Positions 10,327-23,825 are shown, counted from the stretch's first letter. The stretch is 61,880 nucleotides of DNA from Chthonomonadales bacterium (GCA_049967475.1 JBMFSQ010000016.1:1-61880); one strand, 5' to 3'. The notes: generated by a model from the letters alone, not told the origin. Made by a program: numbers and translations.

Positions 10327-11685
10327 CTACTCGGTATTGAGGTAGGGATGCATCACGATGTCGCCAGGACCTTCAAATCTCCGGCTGCGCGCCGAGGGCT
10401 TGCCCCCGTCGTCCTTGAGGTCGGGCCCGAGACTGTACAGAACAAAGCCCGTAGGGAGCGGCGCAATGTGGTACCGAAACGGTATCGCCCGTCCTCCGCC
10501 GAACGGGTCCTCAGGCAAGGAAGCGAGATAGCCGGGCACCAGGCTCTGAAGAGCAGCAGGGTACGCGCCGTGATCCGTTCGGTAGCGGAGGATTGCCACA
10601 TACACCCGCATCAGGTCCAAGTCTGCGACACCTTCCAGGTACACGGCCCACGTTCTGGGCTCGACGGCCAGAAACCGCCCCAGAATGTCCCTGGGTGGTG
10701 GAGTGTGGATGCGGCCGGTGTAGGGACCGCGGGTTTCGGCTGCCACGTCTCTGAAGTATTGCAGATGCCGCTCGATAAGCGCCCGCTTATCGGCCAAGGC
10801 GAAGGCAGCCGCCTGGAGAACGTCCTTGACGCTAGGGGTTTGGTTTGCCGAGCCTTCGGTGAGCTCATGCACCGTGTCCAGGGCGACACGCGGGTTCGCT
10901 GCGCCGGCAATTTCAACCCGATCCATCTCCACCATTACCCAGCCTTCCTCCATCAGGATGTCGCCGAATGGAACGACTTTGCTGCGGATGCGGTCGAGAC
11001 GCGCGGCAATGCGGGGCAGGGCTCGCGGCGGAACGCGATCAATCACACGGCGCAGTTGCTTGCTGCAGATGGAATACGTGGCGTAATCCACCAGGAGGCC
11101 CAGCACCGAAGCTCCCCTGTTAAGCATATGAGACATCTCCATGCCATCCAGGGCTGCATCGGCAGCTTCGGTGAAATGCCTTCGGGTCTCATTGTATTGA
11201 GATATCGCCACGAGGATGCGCGCCAGGGCTCTTTGGTTCGGGTAGGTGCTCACCCTCGTAAACATACCCGACGGATCCCGGATTGGCGGCACCATGCAGG
11301 GCTCCTGGAGGGCGCGCCGTATGAGTGCATGGATGGAAGCAGCCTCCTCCACAGCGGCTTTCAATTCCTCACCGTGGAGGGGCGCACGGCGCGGTGAAGC
11401 GAGTACGACTACGTGCTTGAGACCGGCAATCTTGGATGCAGCGAGGGCGAAGTCGTCGTAGGCGTTTGACTCGGGCATCTGCGGTACGGGCGCCTCTATT
11501 CGGATAGGCCGGTTATGTTGGACGTAGAGCACGGCGACGACGGCGACACACAGTACGAAGCACGCGAAAGGTACCACCGCGCAGCCTAGGAACCAGCGCG
11601 ACCGCCAGACACCTTTGGGATGGCTAGGTTGCGTGAACGTCACCTCTGATGTTGGACCCCGGTGAACCGGGCCGCCTCCGCACAC
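10327..11685 (-). CDS. membrane-anchored hypothetical protein with GspG-like C-terminal segment
   Basis: Single N-terminal TM; C-terminal YRTDHGAYPAALQSLVPGYLASLPEDPF...FVLYSLGPDLKDDGG; start may be GTG at 11643. Confidence 0.65.
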   Translation of the reverse strand: MCGGGPVHRGPTSEVTFTQPSHPKGVWRSRWFLGCAVVPFACFVLCVAVVAVLYVQHNRPIRIEAPVPQMPESNAYDDFALAASKIAGLKHVVVLASPRRAPLHGEELKAAVEEAASIHALIRRALQEPCMVPPIRDPSGMFTRVSTYPNQRALARILVAISQYNETRRHFTEAADAALDGMEMSHMLNRGASVLGLLVDYATYSICSKQLRRVIDRVPPRALPRIAARLDRIRSKVVPFGDILMEEGWVMVEMDRVEIAGAANPRVALDTVHELTEGSANQTPSVKDVLQAAAFALADKRALIERHLQYFRDVAAETRGPYTGRIHTPPPRDILGRFLAVEPRTWAVYLEGVADLDLMRVYVAILRYRTDHGAYPAALQSLVPGYLASLPEDPFGGGRAIPFRYHIAPLPTGFVLYSLGPDLKDDGGKPSARSRRFEGPGDIVMHPYLNTE

Positions 11686-11816
11686 AGGATTCGGCGCGGC
11701 GTACGGTGAATCCTATCGAGGTTAATGTGCAGAGCTCCGGAGTGCGCCGGCCCTACCCACGCCCAGCCGTTGCGCCATACCGAAGCTACGGGGCTCCCAA
11801 GAGAGGCTGCTTCTGG

Positions 11817-12527
11817 ATGAAAGATGCTTTGTTGGCCCTCTACGCGCTTCAGGAGGTGGATACTGCGCTCTCTGTCGCCAAGCAGAAACTGAACGCGTTG
11901 GATCGGGGTGATGCGGAACGGGCCGCAGCCGAAAGCGCCCGCACACTCTACGACCAAGTCAATCGCACCTTGCACGACCTCTCCGCAGACCTCACGGATG
12001 CGGAACTCGAGCTTCAGTCCGTTGAACAAAAGAAGAAGCAGTACGAGGACAAGTTGTATGGAGGCCGCGTGACCAACCCCAAGGAACTCGCGTCCATGCA
12101 GGAGGAAATCGAGGCTCTCGGCAGGCAGCGGGGCCGGCTCGATGAGCGCATCCTGGTGTTGATGGATCAAGTGGAAACGCTCAAGGCACAGGTGCGGGAG
12201 GCGCACGAGAAACTGGCATCGGCAGAGGGTCGCCTTCATGCCAAGGAAGCCGTGTACCGAGAGGCTTATCGGGAGATTTCGGAGCGCATCGCCGAACTCG
12301 AAGATCGCCGAGTAAAGGCGGCCGAAGCAGTACCTGTAACCCTGCTCAAGCGTTATGAAGCCGTCAGGGCGCAACGAGGAGGTGTGGGAGCCGCTAGGGT
12401 CGAGGGAGGCCTCTGTAGTGTCTGCCATACGTCGCTGCCGACCAACCTGGTTCGCCGAGTACAATCTGGGGACACCGTAGAACTTTGCGAGAACTGCGGC
12501 CGCATCCTCTGCACCGTGGCCTCATGA
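11817..12527 (+). CDS. coiled-coil C4-type zinc ribbon protein (DUF164)
   Basis: LYALQEVD start, long coiled coil, CSVCH...CENCGRIL. Confidence 0.9.
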   Translation: MKDALLALYALQEVDTALSVAKQKLNALDRGDAERAAAESARTLYDQVNRTLHDLSADLTDAELELQSVEQKKKQYEDKLYGGRVTNPKELASMQEEIEALGRQRGRLDERILVLMDQVETLKAQVREAHEKLASAEGRLHAKEAVYREAYREISERIAELEDRRVKAAEAVPVTLLKRYEAVRAQRGGVGAARVEGGLCSVCHTSLPTNLVRRVQSGDTVELCENCGRILCTVAS

Positions 12528-12946
12528 CCCAATGCGTTGCTCACGTAGACGGTGCTGCGCGCGGAAACCCGGGGCCGGCGGGTATCGGCGTAGTACTTTC
12601 AGACGAAGCGGGGCGCGTTCTAAAAGAGATTGCAGAACCGCTCGGAGTTGCCACGAACAATGTGGCAGAGTACCGCGCCCTTATTCGAGCCCTTTATGAA
12701 GCCCATGCAATCGGATGCCGGCGCATCCGCATCGTTACGGATAGCGAACTGATGGCGCGCCAGATGAACGGGCAGTACGCCGTGCGTTCCACCCACCTGA
12801 AGCCTCTTTACCACCAAGCACGTGCACTCATGCGTCAGTTCGATAGAGTTGAGGTGACCCACGTGCCAAGGAAGCAGAACGCACGTGCGGACCAACTATC
12901 CAACCTGGGCGCAGACCGAGTGCAAAAAGATCGGCCCTCCCCATAA
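12524..12946 (+). CDS. rnhA: ribonuclease HI family protein
   Basis: DGAARGNPGPAG, TNNVAEY, DSELM, NARADQL; ATGA overlap with upstream gene. Confidence 0.9.
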   Translation: MTQCVAHVDGAARGNPGPAGIGVVLSDEAGRVLKEIAEPLGVATNNVAEYRALIRALYEAHAIGCRRIRIVTDSELMARQMNGQYAVRSTHLKPLYHQARALMRQFDRVEVTHVPRKQNARADQLSNLGADRVQKDRPSP

Positions 12947-12999
12947 CCCGGCATGCGCCGAGGTGCCCCAGCCGGCAACGGCGGGTTCCGAACTTCCCC

Positions 13000-14247
13000 C
13001 TACTTCCGTTCCACGCGGGACCTCCGCAGCAGCATGGCGCGGCGTTCTCCTTCCGGGCGCGCTATGGTAACACTTCCCAGGATCACCGCTTCGCGCGCCC
13101 CTGTTGCCGCGGGAACATTCGCAGGCAGCCCCCGCAAAGTGTGAGCGCCCAATACTGCGAAGGCCACAGCTTCCTTCGCTTCGGCCGGAGTGCCGGTAGC
13201 GCTGTAATCCTGCACGCGCGCAGGGGCAAGGCAGCGTTCGAGCATCCTCATGAGGGTGGCGTTGCGGACGCCCCCACCGGAGACCCATACTCTCTCGACG
13301 CCGCCCATGGGCGCCAGCCACCGCTCGAAGGCGATAGCGACGCTTTGGGCCGTGAGCGCAGTGAGGGTAGCCAGGATGTCCGCATGGGGGATGGCCTGCT
13401 TTCGCGCCCAGGACACCACCCGGTGGGCGTACTGGGCGCCGAATTCCTCCCGACCGGTGGATTTGGGAGGCGGTTTCCGGAAATACGGATGGGCAAGAAG
13501 GCGATGCAGCCACGCACCGTGAACCGACCCTTGCACAGCCCAAGCCCCGCCGGCATCGAACTCCATCGCGCCGCCTGAAAGCAGCCGAACGGCTTCGTCC
13601 AGCACCATGTTGCCGGGGCCCGTGTCGAAGGCGGTAACCTGGTCCAGACGAGCATCACGAGGCAGATGCGTCACGTTGGCGATGCCGCCCAGGTTGAGCA
13701 GGGCGCGGGCTTCCTTCCGCGAAGTGTGGAGGGCCCAATCCACGAAGGGGACGAGAGGAGCACCCTGCCCTCCTGCCGCCATATCGGCCGCCCGAAAGTT
13801 GGAAAGTACCGGGCGCCCCGTTCTGTACGCGATGATGGCGGCATCACCTATCTGAAGCGTACAGCGGGCTTCGCTTCCCTCCTGTGGCGTGCCTTTCACG
13901 TTACGGCGACGTGCCACAGGGCGGGAGGCGGGCTGATGCCACACCGTTTGCCCGTGGCAACAGATGGCTTCAACGCGCTGTATGGGTACTGCGGCCTGGT
14001 TTGCCACGGCCTGGGCGGCCTGGCTGAAAAGTTCACCCAGCGTCGCGTGGAGCGCACAAACGTCCGCCGTAGTTCCGTGCCCCGGACGGCACAGGTTCAG
14101 TATGGCGGCGCGGGTTGCTCCAGTGTAAGGGAAGATGTCCCACGCTACCAATCGGCAGCGGGTGCGCCGGCCTGTTCCAAACACATCTACAAGCGCGGCG
14201 CAGATGCCGTCGGCAGAGGTCCCCGACATAAGCCCAATGAGCAGCAT
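13000..14247 (-). CDS. anmK: anhydro-N-acetylmuramic acid kinase
   Basis: IGLMSGTSADG, HGQTVWH, GGQGAPLVP, NLGGIAN, FDTGPGN, PKSTGRE. Confidence 0.95.
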   Translation of the reverse strand: MLLIGLMSGTSADGICAALVDVFGTGRRTRCRLVAWDIFPYTGATRAAILNLCRPGHGTTADVCALHATLGELFSQAAQAVANQAAVPIQRVEAICCHGQTVWHQPASRPVARRRNVKGTPQEGSEARCTLQIGDAAIIAYRTGRPVLSNFRAADMAAGGQGAPLVPFVDWALHTSRKEARALLNLGGIANVTHLPRDARLDQVTAFDTGPGNMVLDEAVRLLSGGAMEFDAGGAWAVQGSVHGAWLHRLLAHPYFRKPPPKSTGREEFGAQYAHRVVSWARKQAIPHADILATLTALTAQSVAIAFERWLAPMGGVERVWVSGGGVRNATLMRMLERCLAPARVQDYSATGTPAEAKEAVAFAVLGAHTLRGLPANVPAATGAREAVILGSVTIARPEGERRAMLLRRSRVERK

Positions 14248-14324
14248 CGTGTGATGTAACGGCGCCTCGGGGCCGCGTCCACCTTCTCCCCCGCCGACGG
14301 GCGCGTAGAGATCTGTCGCCTGCC

Positions 14325-15080
14325 CTACAGGACGCCGAATACTCGATAGACCTCGTCTATATCCATGCCGGAGGCGAGGGCCCTTCGCTCTTCGTTCTCT
14401 TTCTCGAAGGTAGCCTCCACCCGAAGGAGTACTTCATCTACGAGGTGGGCCGGAATAAGCTGAACGCCGTCATTGTCGCCGAAGATGAAGTCCCCGGGGT
14501 TCACACGAACGTAGTGTGTAAGATGACCTGGAAGGTAGATGGGCTTGTTCACTTCAATGATGATCCACCCTCCGAAGGCGTTGGGGCGTGTCCCGAAAGA
14601 GAAGAGCGGGAAGTCGTCCATCTTGAGCACATACTGCGTGTCCCGGCAGTTCCCGGCAAGGAGCATTCCGCGGCACCCGTGGGCATAAGCAAGCTGGCAG
14701 CTCATCTCGCCAAAGTGAGCGGGCTGCATATCGCCCCCGCAATCGAAGCAGAGCACGCTTCCGGGAGGCGAGGAAGCCACAGCGCGCATCATGCGCTTCT
14801 GAGGATGCCCGCCCTCACGTTCCCATTGCGCCTCCAGTTCACGCTGGTGTTCCGGCGTACGGGGCTCCACCAGGGAGTGGAGTTTGATCGGCAGAGCCCG
14901 GCCTACGAGCTGCATTCCCTCGCGAAGCGGGCGGAAGCGATCCGAAAATACGGTGTCCTTCACTCCCAGGCTGGCGAGAGCATCAGATACGGAACCTCCG
15001 TACCCGGCGCGCCGAAAGCGCTCGATGCGCTCCAAGTCGGTTATTTGCAGGTGTCTTACCGGCTGTTCCGATCCCGGCAT
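14325..15080 (-). CDS. RraA family / HMG aldolase-like protein
   Basis: SVSDAL, AHFGEM, GNCRD, VNPGDFIFGDNDGV. Confidence 0.85.
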   Translation of the reverse strand: MPGSEQPVRHLQITDLERIERFRRAGYGGSVSDALASLGVKDTVFSDRFRPLREGMQLVGRALPIKLHSLVEPRTPEHQRELEAQWEREGGHPQKRMMRAVASSPPGSVLCFDCGGDMQPAHFGEMSCQLAYAHGCRGMLLAGNCRDTQYVLKMDDFPLFSFGTRPNAFGGWIIIEVNKPIYLPGHLTHYVRVNPGDFIFGDNDGVQLIPAHLVDEVLLRVEATFEKENEERRALASGMDIDEVYRVFGVL

Positions 15081-15146
15081 TCCCAGCCTCCATGTCCTAC
15101 GCTACAGCTAAATGCGCCGGACATTGCTGGAATTCCTGCGGCGGGC

Positions 15147-16718
<1,572 letters not shown>

Positions 16719-17141
16719 TTATCGAGCCTTCACTTCGCCATTCTGCATCTGTACGACGCGCAGGCGGTTCATGGCGCGCGTGAGGGCCTGCGTCACTTCC
16801 TCATAGTCTATTGCAGATCCGCTTCGAAGGTGTTCCCGGGCGCGGGCGAGGGCGGCCTCGGCGCGAGACACGTCAATGTCGGCTGCACGTTCCGCCGTGT
16901 GCGCAAGGATCACGGCTCGGTTCGCATTTACTTCCATGAAGCCGCCACTGGTCGCAATGTATTCGATGTCCCCGTTCTCGTGCTCCACCTTGATCACGCC
17001 GATGGCCAGTGCGCTCATCAGGGGTGCGTGGTTGGGTAGCACGCCGAAGGAGCCTTCCACGCCAGGCGCACGCACGCTTCGGACCTGTTCGGAAAGCAGC
17101 GTCTTCTCGGGCGTTACCAATTCCAGCAAGAACGTGGCCAT
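16719..17141 (-). CDS. atpC: F1Fo ATP synthase epsilon subunit
   Basis: LELVTPEK, GSFGVLPNHAPL, SGGFMEV. Confidence 0.96.
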   Translation of the reverse strand: MATFLLELVTPEKTLLSEQVRSVRAPGVEGSFGVLPNHAPLMSALAIGVIKVEHENGDIEYIATSGGFMEVNANRAVILAHTAERAADIDVSRAEAALARAREHLRSGSAIDYEEVTQALTRAMNRLRVVQMQNGEVKAR

Positions 17142-17161
17142 TCCCCCCTGCTCCTACACGG

Positions 17162-19034
<1,873 letters not shown>

Positions 19035-19119
19035 GACAAGGCTCCTTTTGTTGGTATTTGGCGCTCCTAGAGCTCATTCCGGGTCAGCCCTCTGTTGCCC
19101 AAACGGGCCGGACACATAC

Positions 19120-19965
19120 CTACGCCATGGGAATGGCCGCCTCCTTGAGCGCCTCGAATGCCTCGTTGCGCACCGCCGTCTGCGCTGCCGTTGCCTGCTT
19201 GGGATCTACAGGGATTACGATGCGCAACGTGATGCGGCCTGCATCCCATGCGCTGATGCCGACCACTGAGGGTGCTGCCGCCAAGCCAGGGATCCGTGTC
19301 GCATCGTAGAGTTCGCGGCAAGCCCGGTTCAGCACCTCTTTGGCTGCAGCCACATCGGCAACAGGCGCGATGCCCACATCCACGAAGGTTTCGATGGGCG
19401 ACCGGGAATAGTTGGTAACGGAGAGGATATCGCCGTTGGCCAGGATCCAAAGCCGGCCCTGCTCGTCTCGGATGCGGGTTGTGCGCATCCCGAGTTCCTC
19501 CACAACCCCCGTGGCCTGACCGATGGTTACATAATCCCCCACACCGAACTGATCCTCTACAATCAGGAAGATGCCCGAGATGACGTCGCGCACGAGGCGT
19601 TGTGCTCCGAAGCCCAAGGCCACGCCTCCGATGCCGGCTGTAGCCACGAGGCCGCTCACATTGGCGCCCAGGGCATCCAGCAGCATGATCAGAAGCACGA
19701 AGAGGAGCACATATCCGGTGATGCTCTTCACCAGTGCCTGCAGGGTGCGGATGCGGGCAAGGCGTTCTTCCGAGATGGCAACAGCACCCACACGGGCATC
19801 CAAACGGCGGATGGCGACGTCTATCACGCGGTTCACCGCACCTCTTACCGCGAAGTACCCTGCAATGAGCAAAACGACGGAGAGCCCTCGCGTGAGGACC
19901 ACCTCCACGATGCGTCGCGCAAGGTGCACCCAGAAGTCTGTTGTTGCGATTTGACCCATGGCCAC
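19120..19965 (-). CDS. small-conductance mechanosensitive channel family protein
   Basis: AGIGGVALGFGAQRLVRDVISG, EDQFGVGDYV, GVVEELGMRTT. Confidence 0.93.
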   Translation of the reverse strand: MAMGQIATTDFWVHLARRIVEVVLTRGLSVVLLIAGYFAVRGAVNRVIDVAIRRLDARVGAVAISEERLARIRTLQALVKSITGYVLLFVLLIMLLDALGANVSGLVATAGIGGVALGFGAQRLVRDVISGIFLIVEDQFGVGDYVTIGQATGVVEELGMRTTRIRDEQGRLWILANGDILSVTNYSRSPIETFVDVGIAPVADVAAAKEVLNRACRELYDATRIPGLAAAPSVVGISAWDAGRITLRIVIPVDPKQATAAQTAVRNEAFEALKEAAIPMA

Positions 19966-19988
19966 CGCTCCGGATTTCAGTCGGCGGG

Positions 19989-20858
19989 TTACCCGGCCGG
20001 CGCCGCCCCGAAACGTTCGGCAGCTTCCACGGTGTTGCGCAGCAGCATGGCGATGGTCATAGGACCCACGCCTCCCGGAACCGGTGTGATGTAGCCGGCC
20101 ACCTGGGATGCGGATGCAAAGTCCACATCGCCGATGGTACCGCTTCGCCCCGGAACACGGTTATACCCTGCGTCAATTACCACTGCGCCAGGCTTTATCA
20201 TCTGGCCGGTAATCATCTCCGCCTTGCCTACCGCCGCCACGAGGATATCAGCCTCGCGAGTAACCGCGGCCAGATCGCGCGTGCGGCTGTGACATACGGT
20301 GACGGTGGCATGGCGGTTCAGAAGAAGCAATGCCACAGGCTTACCCAGTATGATGCTGCGGCCCACCACCACAGCCCGTTTGCCCTCGATGGGCAGATGG
20401 TACCGGTCCAACAGCTCCACAATCCCCAGCGGCGTGCAAGACACGAAGGCCCGCTCCCCCGTGACCAAGGCGCCGAGGCTGTTGCGGCTGATGCCATCCA
20501 CGTCTTTGTGGGGATGCACGCGCGCCAGCACGGCTGTTTCGTCCAGATGGCGGGGGATGGGATGCTGCACCAGGATGCCGTGGACGCTGGCGTCTTCGTT
20601 GAGGCGATCTATCAGGGCCTCCACTTCCTCTTGTTCCGCCGTTGCAGGAAGACGATAGGTTTCGGATGCCATACCAGCCTTCCTACAGGCGTTGCCTTTG
20701 GTGTTGACATAGGCTTCCGAAGCCGGGTCATCGCCAACGAGAACTGCTGCGAGCTTCGGGACGACGCCCGTGCGTGCGGTGAGGGCGGCAGCCCGCTCGG
20801 CCACCTCTGCTCGAATAGCCTTGGCTGTGGCTTGCCCGTCAAGTATCTGCGCTGTCAT
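19989..20858 (-). CDS. folD: methylenetetrahydrofolate dehydrogenase/cyclohydrolase
   Basis: ILDGQ, YVNTK, KDVDG, CTPLG, GRSIILGKP, TPVPGGVGPMT. Confidence 0.97.
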   Translation of the reverse strand: MTAQILDGQATAKAIRAEVAERAAALTARTGVVPKLAAVLVGDDPASEAYVNTKGNACRKAGMASETYRLPATAEQEEVEALIDRLNEDASVHGILVQHPIPRHLDETAVLARVHPHKDVDGISRNSLGALVTGERAFVSCTPLGIVELLDRYHLPIEGKRAVVVGRSIILGKPVALLLLNRHATVTVCHSRTRDLAAVTREADILVAAVGKAEMITGQMIKPGAVVIDAGYNRVPGRSGTIGDVDFASASQVAGYITPVPGGVGPMTIAMLLRNTVEAAERFGAAPAG

Positions 20859-20899
20859 AAAACCTCCTTGCGAGGGGCGTAATAGCCTGACCCGATCGG

Positions 20900-21706
20900 C
20901 TATCGCTCCAAGGGCGATGCTTCAGGGGCGCGTATCTCTGCTGCCAGGGCACCCAGAATACCGTTTACAAAACGCCCGGACTCGTCGGTGCTGTATTTCT
21001 TTGCCAGTTCTACGGCCTCGTTGATGATGGCTGCCGCGGGTTCGTGTTCGAAGAGCAGCTCGAAGGCGGCTAATCTCAGGATGTTGCGGTCCACAGCCGC
21101 CTGGCGCCAGAGGCTCCAATGAGCAGAGAGCGCGGCGAGGCGGCGGTCCAGTTCGGGCATATGATCCCGAGTGCCCGTCACTAAACGGATAGCGAAGGAC
21201 GCAACGGCCGCAGCCTCCGGCGCATGGCGCCGAAATGCGTCGGCGATTGCATCGAGGCGCGATCGTGCGGCTTCCACCAGCGGTGCATGCAGCGGTTCCT
21301 TCGCGGCAATCTGATCCAATTGCTGGCTCGCCTCGCACAAAGCTTCCTCTATGCGCACGAGGCACTCATCCAGAGGCATAGGGTCCGCCGACACTGCTTC
21401 GGCCGTGACCTCCCCGAGGCGGGTGCCCAAAGCTGCCAGACATTCCCCAATCCCTTTCAAGGTCTTGCGGATGCGCCGGCGGTCGCCTGGGCCGGCTTGT
21501 TTGAGCGCCGTTTGGGCGACCTCACGCCCGCGCGCCGCGGCATCTCTGAGGTGTTGGTCTATGGCGTGGTTCACCGGCATCCGGATCTGCTCGAGGATGC
21601 CCTGTAGAACCCCGCTGAGGGGCTGGGGGGCTACATCTATCTGGTACAACGCCCTAAGGGCGTATTCGCGAGCAGCACGTCTCACGCAGGTCCTCGGGAT
21701 CCGCAT
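20900..21706 (-). CDS. nusB: transcription antitermination factor NusB with large internal insertion
   Basis: RRAAREYALRALYQ at the N-terminus; VDRNILRLAAFEL, INEAVELAKKYS, FVNGIL at the C-terminus; nusB-folD synteny. Confidence 0.9.
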   Translation of the reverse strand: MRIPRTCVRRAAREYALRALYQIDVAPQPLSGVLQGILEQIRMPVNHAIDQHLRDAAARGREVAQTALKQAGPGDRRRIRKTLKGIGECLAALGTRLGEVTAEAVSADPMPLDECLVRIEEALCEASQQLDQIAAKEPLHAPLVEAARSRLDAIADAFRRHAPEAAAVASFAIRLVTGTRDHMPELDRRLAALSAHWSLWRQAAVDRNILRLAAFELLFEHEPAAAIINEAVELAKKYSTDESGRFVNGILGALAAEIRAPEASPLER

Positions 21707-21806
21707 TTCCGTGGCAACGCGGGAATGGCGCCCGCGTTGCCACAGGCAACCTTATCATGGTAGCACACGAATGCGCAGGATGGCGAGGTGCGGACATTCG
21801 GGAGTA

Positions 21807-21835
21807 TTGACCCAAGGGCAAATATGTTATATAAT
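21807..21835 (+). promoter_or_regulatory. sigma70 promoter upstream of peroxiredoxin
   Basis: TTGACC (21807-12), 17 nt, TATAAT (21830-35). Confidence 0.75.
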
Positions 21836-21998
21836 AGATCACGTTAATCAACCTTCGGTGCCAGGCGCGAAGGTTCCATCAACCCGACCTGCCTTCAACG
21901 GGCAAGAAGGAACCGGCGCACATGCGTCGAAAATCCTTGTCGTCCCGAAAGATGGAGCCCTCCAGCTTCTGGTTGTTGGGTAGAAAGGATCCACTGCA

Positions 21999-22652
21999 AT
22001 GGCTGAAGAGACCACACAAGGCGGTACGATGCTCGTGCGATTGAATGAACCCGCCCCGGATTTCACTGCTGTAACGACCCACGGTACCATCAAACTCTCG
22101 GATTATCGGGGCAAATGGGTGGTGCTTTTTTCGCATCCGGCGGACTTCACTCCGGTGTGTACTACGGAGTTCGTCGGTTTTGCCAAACTGTACGATGAGT
22201 TTCGCAAGCGCAACACCGAGCTCATCGGCCTTTCCATTGATAGCGTCTATTCCCACATAGCCTGGGTACGCAACATCGAGCAGATCTTCGGAGTGAAGAT
22301 CCCCTTCCCCGTGATCGCCGACAGCGACATGCGCGTAGCCAAGTTGTACGGCATGATCCACCCGGAAGCCGACTCTACAGCGACCGTGCGCGCCGTTTTT
22401 GTGATTGACGACAAGGGCCTCGTTCGAGCGATGATCTACTATCCCCTCACCAACGGCCGCTCGATACCCGAGGTCCTGCGCATCGTAGAAGCCCTCCAAA
22501 CCCACGACGCGCGTAACGTAGCCACACCTGCGAACTGGCAGCCCGGCGATAAGGTGATTGTGAAGCCGCCGCTCACGGCATCCGGCGCAGAGGAACGTGT
22601 GCACGAAAACTTCGAGGTGAAGGACTGGTACTTTGCCTTGACGGACCTCTAG
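21999..22652 (+). CDS. peroxiredoxin (Prx6 / 1-Cys type)
   Basis: FSHPADFTPVCTTE, ATPANW; only one Cys in the protein. Confidence 0.95.
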   Translation: MAEETTQGGTMLVRLNEPAPDFTAVTTHGTIKLSDYRGKWVVLFSHPADFTPVCTTEFVGFAKLYDEFRKRNTELIGLSIDSVYSHIAWVRNIEQIFGVKIPFPVIADSDMRVAKLYGMIHPEADSTATVRAVFVIDDKGLVRAMIYYPLTNGRSIPEVLRIVEALQTHDARNVATPANWQPGDKVIVKPPLTASGAEERVHENFEVKDWYFALTDL

Positions 22653-22675
22653 GCAGCGCCATTGAGAGTAGGGAA

Positions 22676-22720
22676 CGGGGTCGGCCGCGGCGTATTATGG
22701 GCCGGCCCCGCTTCGTTTTT
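22676..22720 (+). terminator. probable intrinsic terminator
   Basis: Stem CGGGGTCGGCC / GGCCGGCCCCG followed by CTTCGTTTTT, just after the peroxiredoxin stop. Confidence 0.6.
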
Positions 22721-22729
22721 CGGGGTCGC

Positions 22730-23476
22730 ATGCGCAGCATTACCGCGGGAATTCTGCAAGTGGCGAAGAAGAAGGATCCATCCGAGCTGTGCGCCATGGC
22801 GCTGGCCGACTTGGGTGCAGGCCGAAAGCAGTTGGCGATCCGCCGCCTCCAGCGTGCCGCGGTTCTCTACGCTCTGCTTGAAGCGGAGGGGCAAGGCGAG
22901 CCGGCGCGCCATGCAGAAGCCTGCCGCCTCTTGGCAGAGGTGTTGAGGGACGAGGGTCGCCTGCCCGAGGCGCTGCAAGCTCTTCAAGAGGCGGCAGATG
23001 CGTTAGCGCATGTACCGGGCGCCGAGGATCAAGTTGATGGATTTGCCCGAGACATCGTCCAAGGCGCGAATCTGCTGCGCAGCGATCCCCAGCAGCGCCT
23101 CTATCTGCTCGTAGCCCATCTGGAGAGGGAGCAGCGCCGCCTCGCTGAAGTGCCGGGCTCCCTGCGGGATCGTGGTGATTGTGCGTTTCGCATCGGAACC
23201 CTATTGCACCGGCGGGATCGGTTCGCCGAGGCCGAGCGCCGATATCGAGAGGCGCTGCGTCTTTACCGCCACGCCGAGGGCACTGAGATGCAACAGGCGG
23301 AATGCCACCGGCGCCTGGCGGGCCTCTACCAATATGAGCTTGCCGACACAAAGCGCGCGGTGCATCACTACAGGGAAGCGATTAGGCTCTTCGCCGAGCA
23401 TGAGGCGCCATGGGAGGGGCATCAGGTGAACCGCGAACTCTGTGAGGAACTCCTCGCAGCTATTCGGCCCGCCTGA
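22730..23476 (+). CDS. TPR-like repeat protein
   Basis: Helical repeats (AERRYREALRLY, AVHHYREAIRLF); start uncertain. Confidence 0.7.
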   Translation: MRSITAGILQVAKKKDPSELCAMALADLGAGRKQLAIRRLQRAAVLYALLEAEGQGEPARHAEACRLLAEVLRDEGRLPEALQALQEAADALAHVPGAEDQVDGFARDIVQGANLLRSDPQQRLYLLVAHLEREQRRLAEVPGSLRDRGDCAFRIGTLLHRRDRFAEAERRYREALRLYRHAEGTEMQQAECHRRLAGLYQYELADTKRAVHHYREAIRLFAEHEAPWEGHQVNRELCEELLAAIRPA

Positions 23477-23603
23477 CGGGAGGACGGGCTGCCAGGCTCG
23501 TGATGCTCGGGGATGAAGCCGCGTGCGAGCCGGATGAGGAGCTCCCCTGCGACACCCAAGCCCCGGACGCAGCCGAAGCGCGGCCTGTCAGCCCTGTGCG
23601 TAG

Positions 23604-23825
23604 TCAGGCATTATCGGCCCGCACGATGAAGCCGGTTTGGGGAACACGCTCTTGCCCACAGAAAGGGCAGAAGTTGATGGCGATGCCTCGGTCGCCCTCC
23701 TGGTCGGGGATCACCTCGCGGTAAATGCCCGGCGCTACCTCCACCACCTGAATGCCGCCGCTCTCGATGGCATCCAGAAGTACATCGCAGCAGATCTGCA
23801 CTTCAACTTCGCGTTCCTTGGTCAT
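23604..23825 (-). CDS. small Cys-motif hypothetical protein (putative Zn-binding)
   Basis: ICCD...INFCPFCG; GGAAGGA RBS; directly downstream of the nucleotidyltransferase gene. Confidence 0.7.
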   Translation of the reverse strand: MTKEREVEVQICCDVLLDAIESGGIQVVEVAPGIYREVIPDQEGDRGIAINFCPFCGQERVPQTGFIVRADNA

